Below are positions 53,130 through 64,000 of a stretch of 64,000 nt of DNA, piece by piece. Source of the DNA: Macrostomum lignano (lineage: Eukaryota); the NCBI GenBank assembly GCA_002269645.1, contig NIVC01000532.1, positions 467,840 to 531,839 of the forward strand, in the 5' to 3' direction. A program made the translations under genes and the position numbers. The notes under the pieces were generated by a model. That model did no database searches, had not been told where the DNA came from, and worked only from the letters and a program-made list of their open reading frames with translations. The stretch's first letter is position 1, and every line of letters starts with the position of its first letter.

Positions 53130-53540
53130 TACGTATGGGAGGGGGGAGAAGCGGGTAAGAGGCGGGTAAGAGGCGGGCAGAAGCGGGTAAGAGGCGGGCA
53201 GAAGCGGGTAAGAGGCGGGTACAAGGAAGTAAGAGCCAGGGAAAAACGGGTCAGAGGGGGGAAGTGGTGGGGAGAAGCGGGTGAGAGGTGGGGAGAAGCA
53301 GTTGAGAGGCGGGGAGAAGCGGGTGAGAGGCGGGGAGAAGCGGGTGAGAGGTGGGGAGAAGCGAGTGAGAGGTGGGGAGAAGCGGGTGAGAGGCGGGGAG
53401 AAGCGGGTGAGAGGTGGGAAGAAGCGAGTGAGAGGTGGGGAGAAGCGGGTGAGAGGTGGGGAGAAGCGAGTGAGAGGTGGGGAGAAGCAGTTGAGATGTG
53501 GGGAGAAGCGGGTGAGAGGGGGTAAGAAGCAGGGAAGAAA
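53130..53540. repeat. 21-bp minisatellite GGGGAGAAGCGGGTGAGAGGT
   Basis: Direct inspection. Confidence 0.93.
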
Positions 53541-54129
53541 CATGGGGAGAAAGACGAAGAAATTAGACTAAAAAAGTGCATATGCTAAACTTACCTACTC
53601 ACAGTAGCATTCAAGAGCATGCTTCTACGAGTTTCAAGTCGTTCAACAAAAGCAAAGCCCCCAAAAATGATCAAAGACTAAAGAATAGTCGAATTGTTTT
53701 TCTGTAGCAATTTCTGAGTTAGAAAGTGCCTTTGTACAAATCAGGCAATGTTAACTTGACAGCGTGTTGCATTGTATTGTTACCGTATGATTAAATATAT
53801 TAAATAATTCTGTATTAACTACATAATAGCAACTGCTCATATTGCTCAAAATTAAGAAATATGACTGACTCTCACGAATCTGAGATAGGGCATGGTTCAT
53901 ATATCTATAAATATATGTATATATGCATTTATTTTGTAGAAACAGCAGCAACTAGAAAAATAGAAAAAGAGTGCGCGAAACGAATAGAAAATATTATATC
54001 ATACATACGATATAATATGACGCAGATAGGCATTTAACAAAGGTTAGCCGCGTATGAGAAGCTGGTGTAAAGGGCAAGAGACTGGGGGATTAAGGGACCC
54101 AGCCAGTATTTTTATTTGGGGAAGGGGGT

Positions 54130-54975
54130 TTGAGGGGCTGCCATTTCATTTGAGAGGCTGCCATTTCATTTGAGAGGCTGCCATTTCATTTGAGAGGCTG
54201 CCATTTCATTTGAGAGGCTGCCATTTCATTTGAGAGGCTGCCATTTCATTTGAGAGGCTGCCATTTCATTTGAGAGGCTGCCATTTTATTTGAGAGGCTG
54301 CCATTTCATTTGAGGGGCTGCCATTTCATTTGAGAGGCTGCCATTTCATTTGAGAGGCTGCCATTTCATTTGAGGGGATGCCATTTCATTTGAGAGGCTG
54401 CCATTTTATTTGAGGGGCTGCCATTTCATTTGAGAGGCTGCCATTTCATTTGAGAGGCTGCCATTTTATTTGAGAGGCTGCCATTTCATTTGAGGGGATG
54501 CCATTTCATTTGAGAGGCTGCCATTTCATTTGAGAGGCTGCCATTTCATTTGAGGGGCTGCCATTTCATTTGAGGGGCTGCCATTTCATTTGAGAGGCTG
54601 CCATTTCATTTGAGAGGCTGCCATTTCATTTGAGAGGCTGCCATTTCATTTGAGGGGCTGCCATTTCATTTGAGGGGCTGCCATTTCATTTGAGGGGATG
54701 CCATTTCATTTGAGGGGATGCCATTTCATTTGAGGGGCTGCCATTTCATTTGAGGGGCTGCCATTTCATTTGAGGGGCTGCCATTTCATTTGAGGGGCTG
54801 CCATTTCATTTGAGGGGCTGCCATTTCATTTGAGGGGCTGCCAAGAAGAGGAGAGAGAGGAGAGAGGGGAGAAGAGAGAGGAGAGGGGAGAAGAGAGAGG
54901 AGAGAGAGGAGAGGAGAGAGAGGAGAGAGAGGAGAAGAGAGAGGAGAGACGGGAGAAGAGAGACGAGAGAGGGCG
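54130..54975. repeat. 20-bp minisatellite GA(G/A)GCTGCCATTTCATTTGA followed by a GA-rich tract
   Basis: About 35 copies. Confidence 0.96.
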
Positions 54976-55811
54976 TAGACCAAATAGCACATCGAAAGTC
55001 GCACGTTGCAGTTCCGACAGACGCTAACTCACCAAAAAGCAAAGCACAACATACAGAGAAAGAAGAAGGAAACAGATTAGTCAAGCAACAGTCTGCAACA
55101 ACAAAAGCAAAATATTGTGTTGAAGACAAAGCATTTAAAATATGATAAAAAACAGGTTTGAGATTCCTAATCAGAGAAACTATAGAAAAACCATAGACAG
55201 GACATTGTCAATAATATTTTGGTACATGTGCTTGTCAAGCAAGACAATAAGCAAAATATTTGAATTAGAAAAAACATAATATATAAATATATACCTCAAT
55301 AGTTACTTGCTGATTGGGCCACTGAGGTCAGGGTCTAGAGTAACCAGCAATAAATACTCGTAACACAGGTAACAGACAGATTTATTACCATAAAAACAAT
55401 AAAAAGTGTTCGATCGTTTAAAAAAAACGATAACTGTGGAGATATTTGTCCGACTAGAATTTAATGAACTGATTGATTGAGTGATTGATTGACTAACAGA
55501 AGCCACGCAGATATAGAATAATTTTACAGCGACTGCTTGAAATCAGCAATCAGCAGTTTCTGTTGTTGAAAATGTCATTAATTCTAGTAAATTAATTCCA
55601 AATATACATTGTAAGACACGCAAACGATTCCTAATCATACTACTGCTGGAATAGTTGTCAGTAGTTGCTGTGCGCATATCAATAGATTTACATTAGTAAA
55701 CAATTAATTGATTATTTTAGGTTTTAGACACTTAATACAATAGAAGGCCTTTCAAAACCGTGAATTGAGAAGTACCGTTTTCAATTTCTGCGCCAAAATG
55801 GCAAAGAACTT

Positions 55812-56310
55812 CAGATTTGGCAGGGGAGATTTGGGAATGGGGAGATTTGGGGATGAGGAGATTTGTGGATGAGGAGAGATTTAGGATGGGGAGATTTGGA
55901 ATGGGGAGATTTGGGATGGGGAGATTTGGGATGGGGAGATTTGGGATGGGGAGATTTGGGATGGGGAGATTTGTGGATGAGAAGATTTGTGGATGGGGAG
56001 ATTTGGCAGGGATATTTGGGATGGGAAGATTTGTGGATGGGGAGATTTGGCAGGGGAGATTTGAGATGGGGAGATTCGGGAATGGGGAGATTCGGGAATG
56101 GGGAGATTCGGGAATGGGGAGATTTGGGGATGGAAGGGGAGATTTGGGATGGGGAGATTTGGGGATGGGGAGATTTGGGGATAGGGATTTTTGGGGTGGG
56201 GAGATTTGTGGATGAGGAGAGATTTACGATGGGGAGATTTGGGATGGGGAGATTTTGGGATGGGGAGATTCGGGATGGAGACATTTGCGGATGGGGTGGG
56301 GAGATTTAGG
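55812..56310. repeat. 15-bp minisatellite GGGGAGATTTGGGAT
   Basis: Direct inspection. Confidence 0.92.
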
Positions 56311-57247
56311 CAACTGCACTAGTAAGCCAAAGTGATAAACTTTTGGGCGCGAAATAAAAATATTATATTATTCTCAACATTCAACAAGCAGTAAATAATG
56401 TATATAACCTACCAAAGAAAAAAGATTGCGCATAATTAGTGTGCAATACTGTGCACCAAGATAACAAAAATTGATAAAATAATTGCATATGCAACGGTCG
56501 TTAATTGGACCCAGGAGAAAACAGAAAACATATTTTTAGAAACCTAAAATATGCAATTATTTACGAGAACTTAAGTAGAAAAACTATGCTCTAAGCAGAC
56601 TTAAGCACTGCTCAAATTTGAAACTGCAATAGTTGATGCTCAAAATATCGTTTATTAAAACGATAATAGATAAAAAACCAACTTGAATATCTCAAGTCAA
56701 GTCAAGGCCAACCAGATCACTAATTCTGGACTAGAAAGTACAGGTGCTAAATTAATAGACATAATAGCTTCAGGTTCAACCACAGATACTAAAATAACTA
56801 GATGGGCCACTCAGGCATGTATACTTAGTAAAACAGCTTTCTACTTTCAGTAGCAAAGAAGAATATGCAAGCTATTTTATAAAAATAAAGGCAGCTGAAA
56901 TGGCTTTGATAAGTTTAGATGCCCAAGCTTGCAGGCGTAAACAACTTGCTAATTGGTTCAGCAATAATGTACATTAGCCAGTTCACTGAAATGTACATGG
57001 CAGCTTTAGGCTGGAATTCCGAGAAAGCCAATAAAAATTGGGGCCGGGCGGGGAGTAGTTTGGAAAGGCGCGGTTGGAGGGTATAAGCTGGGGGGGGGGG
57101 GTTAAGAGCCAATAAATTAAAGCTTGAAGCCTTGGCTTTAAAAATACATTAAAATGCTCCTATCTAACCTACTACTGAACTGAAAGTAGCTTACACGCAA
57201 ATGTGCTGACTGGCCCATCAAGTTATTCTAGTGTGGGTTCAACGAAG

Positions 57248-57975
57248 GGGGGGGTTTCACAAACTCGAAATTTCACAACGTCGAAAGCACCTTCTTTCAC
57301 AAGGTCGAAATTTCACAAGGTCGAAATTTCATAACATCGAAAACTCAAATAGCAGCCACTTTCACAAGGTCGAAACTTCACAAGGTCGAAATTTCACAAC
57401 ATCGAAAAACTTTAGCAAAGGACTTCATAAGGTCGAAAATTCACAAGGTCGAAATTTCACAACATCGAAAACTCGAAAAGCAGCCACTTTCATAAGGTAG
57501 AAATTTCACAAGGTCGAAATTTCACAACATCGAAAACTTTAGCAAGAGACTTCATAAGGTCGAAATTTCACAAGGTCGAAATTTCACAACGTAGAAAACT
57601 ACTGTATGGTTCTTGATAGATAAAATTTTCGACTTTGTGAAATTTCGAGCTTATGAAGTTTCGACCTTGTGAAAGTGGCTGCACTTGAGTTTTCGATGTT
57701 ATGAAACCTCGACCCCGTGAAACTTCAACCTTATGAAATCTCTTGCTAGATTTTTCGATGTTGTGAAATTTCGACCTTGTGAAGTTTCGACCTTGTGAAA
57801 GTGGCTGCTATTTGAGTTTTCGATGTTGTGAAATTTCGACCTTATGAAATTTCGACCTTATGAAGTCTCTTGCTAAAGTTTTCGATGTTGTGAAATTTCG
57901 ACCTTGTGAAGTTTCGACCTTGTGAAATAATTTACTTTTCGACGTTGTGAAATTTCGACCTTGTGAAAGCACCCC
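57248..57975. mobile_element. Foldback-type non-autonomous DNA transposon with ~350-bp inverted arms made of 16-bp subrepeats
   Basis: TTTCACAAGGTCGAAA repeats on the left and TTTCGACCTTGTGAAA repeats on the right; termini GGGGGGGTTTCACAA and TTGTGAAAGCACCCC; 8-bp TSD CAACGAAG at 57240-57247 and 57976-57983. Confidence 0.88.
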
Positions 57976-58000
57976 CAACGAAGGTCCGATAAAAAACAAT

Positions 58001-58385
58001 TTACATCAGACTGCACCTCAGCCGGGCCTTTGATCTTTTGCTTTTGCCGCCGCGGCGCCGTTTATCGCCGCCGCGCTCTTTGAATTTGCGAATCTCGCGC
58101 ACCAGAGTATAGAAGGCGTCGTCGACTCCTTGGCGCGTCTTAGCGCTGGTCTCAACGTAGGGAATGCCGAACTCGTCAGCCAGGTGCTTGGCTGTGCGAA
58201 CGTCCACCGTGCGACCGTGTAAATCCGTCTTGTTGCCAACCAGCACTAGGGGCACTTCTTCGGCGTCTTTCACGCGTTTGATCTGTTCGCGGTATTGCTC
58301 GATGTCGTCGAATGATTTTGGATTATTAACGGCGAACACGCATAGAAAGCCTTCGCCAGTGCGCATGTACTGGTCTCGCATGGCG
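58001..58385 (-). CDS. ras: Ras GTPase exon 3
   Basis: [18 protein letters not shown]...LVGNKTDL...[23 protein letters not shown], a polybasic tail and the CAAX box CSLM; acceptor GCAG|C GCC ATG. Confidence 0.97.
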
Positions 58386-58424
58386 CTGCGGGGGGGGCGG
58401 GGGGACAAAGTGGAGTTCCGAGAG

Positions 58425-58825
58425 CGGACAGAGTGAAGTTTCGAGAGGGGACAGAGTGGAGTTCCAAGACAGCCAAGAGTTCCAAGGGAAGAACAGCCAA
58501 GAGTTCCCAGGGAAGAACAGCCGAGAGTTCCCAGGGAAGATAGAACAGCCAATAGTTCCAAAGGAAGAACAGCCAGGCGTTCCAAAGGAAGAACAGCCAG
58601 GCGTTCCAAAGGAAGAACAGCCAAGAGTTCCAAGGGAAGAACAGCCAAGAGTTCCCAGGGAAGAACAGCCAAGAGTTCCCAGGGAAGAACAGCCAAAAGT
58701 TCCAAGGGAAAAACAGCCAAGAGTTCCCAGGGAAGAACAGCCAAGAGTTCCAAGGGAAGAACAGCCAAGAGTTCCCAGGAAAGAACAGCCCCAAGAGTTC
58801 CAAGGGAAGAAAAGCAGAGAATTCC
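58425..58825. repeat. 24-bp minisatellite CCAAGAGTTCC(A/C)AGGGAAGAACAG
   Basis: Direct inspection. Confidence 0.94.
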
Positions 58826-59619
58826 ATAGCAAATGCAATGGCGACTATGGGCCAATTTTTCCGTCCTAAACAGCCCTCTGCGCGTCAATTTTTATGCAAA
58901 TTTTTCCCTCTGTTATAATTTTTACTTCTAAAAGCAACGAAGCTAATAGCTTACGATATAATAGCTTTTTTGTTGCAAAAAGACAACAGTACAATAGGTA
59001 CGCTTATATAACTACCTGTAGTACTACTGTCTTAATTAACACCCTCGCGACAGCCGGGAACTTTCAAAGTGAAACAATAGATAAAAGAGATAATATAGCT
59101 ACTAAAGTACATTCCGCATCCAGAATGATGTCCGGGATACAAGAAAAATGTAAGAGCTAAGAGCCATAAATTGATTCTATCAATTAATTCACCGAGACAC
59201 TGGAGCAGAGTAACAGGACTAATAGCAGAAAGGGAGAGAAAGACTTCGCAAATAGCAATAATGCAATCCAATACTGTAGAAAAAAGTACAAAACACATGC
59301 AGTAAGGTATATACTGCAGATAAATGCTAATCCAGGGTCTAGGGCCAAGGATTTGTTGTCACCATGCAGTCCCTTCTCCCTCTCTCCCCCTTCCTCCCAG
59401 GTATTCCTAGAAGTGGCAGTCTAAAACTGACAAAAAAACGACAGAAGCAAACAGCAGCAACCCCATGAGCACGTAGTATAGTATTTCCATGGCAGTGTGC
59501 GTTTAGGCTTCTATAGTATATTGTAGCTGAAACCGGATTAACTGGAAGTCAGTCAATCCGGTTTAATTCTGCTAGAAAATGAATGATAAAACATTTCAGG
59601 AAATGGAGACGATTCAAAT

Positions 59620-59835
59620 CCTGAGCACTGAGCATAGGCGGAGGGCAAAAGACCCCTGAGCATAGGGGGGGGGCAAAAGACCCCTGAGCATAGGCGGAGG
59701 GCAAAAGACCCCTGAGCATAGGGGGGGGGGCAAAAGACCCCTGAGCATAGGGGGGGGGGCAAAAGACCCCTGAGCATAGGCGGGGGCAAAAGACCCCTGA
59801 GCATAGGCGGGGGGCAAAAGACCCCTGAGCATTTG
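59620..59835 (-). repeat. ~28-bp minisatellite GGGCAAAAGACCCCTGAGCATAGG.. (left arm of an inverted pair)
   Basis: Reverse complement of the 61605-62350 unit family. Confidence 0.9.
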
Positions 59836-60269
59836 GGGAGGCCAGAAGACTCAATCAATAGTCCATCGCAGGGAGGACTAGGCAGCCAGCTAGCATGGAA
59901 GGACTATGTCCGGGCAGCCGGCAGGACCGGGGACCAGGTGGTTTGAAAAAAAATGTAGCAATGACCGAACATAAGAGCTGGGCTAGTGTCCGGCTAACTA
60001 AATTACAAATTGCTCTCCCTTGGGAAAATTCTAGACAAGCTGAAAACCGACATAATGGAGGATGCTAAGGAGTAGGGACTCTAAACGGCCAGAAATAGCA
60101 TATGAAAAAACGAGGCAAAAAAGCAATTAGCGCTGGCCTGCGGGAGCCAACGAATTCCCATTTGCATATTCCTCCTCACACAGAGGGCCAAGCCTTAAAG
60201 TGGATGGCTGAGGCAAAAGCAAGTGAGCAACCTAAGATATAAAAATAGCTATACAAGCTTCCTGCAACA

Positions 60270-61060
60270 TGACCTGCATCTCCCGACACTCCCTGCATCT
60301 CTCCCGACACTCCCTGCATCTCTCCCGAAACTCCCTGCATCTCTCCCGACACTCACTGCATCTCTCCCGACACTCCCTGCATCTCTCCCGACACTCCCTG
60401 CATCTCTCCCGACACTCACTGCATCTCTCCCGACACTCCCTGCATCTCTCCCGACACTCACTGTATCTCTCCCGACACTCCCTGCATCTCTCCCGACACT
60501 CACTGTATCTCTCCCGACACTCACTGTATCTCTCCCGACACTCACTGTATCTCTCCCGACACTCCCTGCATCTCCCGACACTCCCTGCATCTCTGCCCAC
60601 ACTCCCTGCATCTCTTCCGACACTCTGAATCTCTTCCGACACTCTGCATCTCTTCCGACACTGCATCTCTCCCGACACTGCATCTCTTCCGACACTCTGC
60701 ATCTCTCCCGACACTGCATCTCTCCCGAGACTGCATCTCTTCCGACACTCTGAATCTCTTCCGACACTGCATCTCTTCCGACACTCTGAATCTCTTCCGA
60801 CACTCTGCATCTCTCCCGACACTGCATCTCTCCTGACACTCCCTGCATCTCTCCCAACACTGCATCTCTCCCGACACTCCCTGCATCTCTCCCGACACTC
60901 TGAATCTCTTCCGACACTCTGCATCTCTCCCGACACTGCATCTCTCCTGACACTCCCTGCATCTCTCCCGACACTGCATCTCTCCCGACACTCCCTGCAT
61001 CTCTCCCGACACTGCATCTCTCCTGACACTGCATCTCTTCCGACACTCTGCATCTCTCCT
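60270..61060. repeat. ~21-bp minisatellite CTCTCCCGACACTCCCTGCAT
   Basis: Direct inspection. Confidence 0.94.
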
Positions 61061-61604
61061 ATGCATCTACCCTTATACTCCTAACAATTTTCAAACAACA
61101 AAAGCCATGAGTTGCGTTCACCTGCGCAAAATCATTTTTTCTCCTATTTATCATTTTAGTCATTTTTATCGACAGGTGCAAACACAAGCGTCACAAAAGT
61201 CCCTTTCGGAGCACATGCGTCATTGGCTTTCGTTAATAGACTCACCCTAAGCCTGCTAAATTCTAGAAGAACAGGTTAAGGAGACTGACTAATCCAAGCA
61301 GTCAGAGAAAATTGGCTCAGCCTGTCAGTATTTGTAGTACATTTTGTAATACATTTACAAGGCCGTAAATCTAAAATTGATTAGTCTCAGTCAGTCTGTC
61401 TCTATAGTGCATAAGTCTAATTAAGGATAAAAATTATTACAAATGATCGAAAATCTGATGGGAAAAAATGCATGCACGAAAGTCATCTCGCTGATTGATT
61501 ACTATTGAGTACAGACGCTTACTTAACATTGACAGCTTACAGATAGTAAGTAGCTTGTGAGACCACTTTGTAGAACAATTTGATGTGACCCCCATTTGAC
61601 CCCT

Positions 61605-62350
61605 CCACCTATGCTCAGGGGACTTTTGCCCTCACCTATGCTTAGGGGACTTTTGCCCTCACCTATGCTTAGGGGACTTTTGCCCTCACCTATGCTTAGG
61701 GGACTTTTGCCCTCACCTATGCTTAGGGGACTTTTGCCCTCACCTATGCTTAGGGGACTTTTGCCCTCACCTATGCTTAGGGGACTTTTGCCCTCACCTA
61801 TGCTTAGGGGACTTTTGCCCTCACCTATGCTTAGGGGACTTTTGCCCTCACCTATGCTTAGGGGACTTTTGCCCTCACCTATGCTTAGGGGACTTTTGCC
61901 CTCACCTATGCTTAGGGGACTTTTGCCCTCACCTATGCTTAGGGGACTTTTGCCCTCACCTATGCTTAGGGGACTTTTGCCCTCACCTATGCTTAGGGGA
62001 CTTTTGCCCTCACCTATGCTTAGGGGACTTTTGCCCTCACCTATGCTTAGGGGACTTTTGCCCTCACCTATGCTTAGGGGACTTTTGCCCTCACCTATGC
62101 TTAGGGGACTTTTGCCCTCACCTATGCTTAGGGGACTTTTGCCCTCACCTATGCTTAGGGGACTTTTGCCCTCACCTATGCTTAGGGGACTTTTGCCCTC
62201 ACCTATGCTTAGGGGACTTTTGCCCTTCCCTATTCTCTGGGGTCTTTTGTCTCCTTCTCTTATACTCAGGGGACTTTTGCTGCATTCCCCTATGCTCAGG
62301 GTACTTTTGCGCTCTTCTATGCTCAGGGTACTTTTGTGCTCCCCTATGCT
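61605..62350 (+). repeat. 27-bp minisatellite CCTATGCTTAGGGGACTTTTGCCCTCA (right arm of an inverted pair)
   Basis: About 22 identical copies, then degenerate units. Confidence 0.96.
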
Positions 62351-62484
62351 AGGGAATCAAAGTGCCATTTCTTCAGATGTCAAAGTTCATTTTTTTACTA
62401 TCAATATATTATTAACTTCTTAGCCAATAAGCTATAATTCCATTTTTTTATTTGAAAATGTGAAAGTACCGTGCACTTTGCTTA

Positions 62485-62655
<171 letters not shown>

Positions 62656-63503
62656 TTAAATTCAAATTAGGGAATAATAGCACTAAGTGAATGAACATAA
62701 ATAAACTATGGATTAAAAATTCAATTTTGCTCATGAAATCAAAAAAGGAAAGTTAAAATTAAAACTTATTTGACATAAAGTTATAACTTTAACAAAATTT
62801 ATTCTTCTAAAAATAGTTTAGTAAGTAATCAGTCATACAAAGTTTAAATTTAAATATTTTAAAATTTTAAATGAATGTTTTTAGGCCTAGGTATAAAATT
62901 TAATTAAATATTTTCTAATACAAAGTATCATGATTAGGAAAATATATCTATACAAGCAAATTAGCTATATTCAAACATAATAAGTCTAACACAAGATACT
63001 AAGAAAATAAGTTAAAATGCTTTCATCCTACCTAAATGCATATGATATAATTGCAATAGTATTTTAACTAAAATATATTTTCTATTATAAAGTCACATAA
63101 TTTTTTATTTTAATTATTTAATATTATTGAAAATAAATATTTATTAATAAATCAAATTAATAATTCTATTTTAGTTCTAATTCTAATTATTGAACATAAT
63201 AAAAAAATTAAAAAATATGTTCCCTTATGTCATTTAAAAAGCTTTAGAATTAAGATTTGATTGTTATTACTTCTTTATTACAGTCAGTGTCAACCCATTA
63301 GAATATTATGCAACAAACAAAAAAGCATGGTCTAGTTCATAAAAACATGAAAATTTCCTGTCTGCTTTTATGCTTACTGCCTTAGGTAAAATCGAATCTA
63401 ATTTCACATAAAAAATAAAGTTCATTCATTTATAAAAAGAACATTACTGTCGATGCAAAGCTAAAAAGCAGTAAAAGTCTAACAAGGAATTGATATAACT
63501 TAC

Positions 63504-63540
63504 CACCAACAACTACAATTTTGTATTCAGACATTGTCAT
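63504..63540 (-). CDS. ras: Ras GTPase exon 1
   Basis: MTMSEYKIVVVG followed by G|GTAAG. The three exons total 585 nt (194 aa plus stop). Confidence 0.93.
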
Positions 63541-64000
63541 ACAAATTGCAGTTAAAGCAGAAAGTTTATCCTCATTCAAATCAAAAATGAATTATGTAGT
63601 AACTAACACAAAAACTATACTGCTGACAAATCTGAAAAACGTACGTAATCTGGAAATGTCGGAGAGCATCTAATTCAATAAAAATATTGTGATAATTTTC
63701 GTGGAAAATTTTATTATCGATTAAAACTAATAGAAACTATTTACTTCATTTACTTTTTAGAAATTAAGCTTTCCAATGATTTTAAAGCTCGTAAGCAAAC
63801 GATATGTTTATTTTAGAAAAAAATCACTAACCTGTGTTTTACTTTTATAGGATGTTTCTACGGAACTTTTGGTGAATATATTAAAACAATAGTACTATTT
63901 CATGCATGTTTCAATCATTAATTAATCAAGTCACACCTGCTTTCTACCTTACGCTACCATATTACTGTTAATCAAGGCGCTTAAATCTAACTGCCCTGGC

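Noticed and set aside
61605-62220. TTAGGG within the 27-bp unit as an interstitial telomere
   Set aside because: There is only one hexamer per 27-bp unit, not tandem (TTAGGG)n.

Overview
This is eukaryotic (metazoan, probably lophotrochozoan or flatworm-like) genomic DNA. The short GC-rich exons separated by minisatellite-packed introns resemble Macrostomum-type assemblies, but the species cannot be confirmed from sequence alone. Six protein-coding loci are supported. (1) The last exon of an atypical voltage-gated K+ channel (+, 6638-7326). (2) A single-exon PNRC-like gene (+, 10647-11081). (3) A 10-exon FERM-PDZ-tyrosine phosphatase of the PTPN3/4 (Ptpmeg) family (+, 17558-31589), which carries two 1-nt frameshifts in GG runs. 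(4) An intronless Shaker/Kv1 channel (-, 37091-38731). (5) A two-exon EGR/Krox zinc-finger gene (-, 48009-51189) with a promoter CArG box and ten exact CCGGAAGT (ETS consensus) sites inside its coding exon. (6) A three-exon canonical Ras (-, 58001-63540). Mobile DNA comprises a decayed RTE-like LINE, two hAT-type MITEs and one foldback element (all three with 8-bp TSDs), and two larger inverted-arm structures built from minisatellites. About 35 micro/minisatellite arrays account for most long ORFs in the supplied track, and those ORFs are spurious. No rRNA, convincing tRNA or CRISPR array was seen. I found no clearly new multi-gene system. The best leads are the exonic ETS cluster in egr, the gate-altered Kv subunit, and the recurring inverted minisatellite-arm elements. 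All exon models were derived by eye from splice sites and remembered family motifs.
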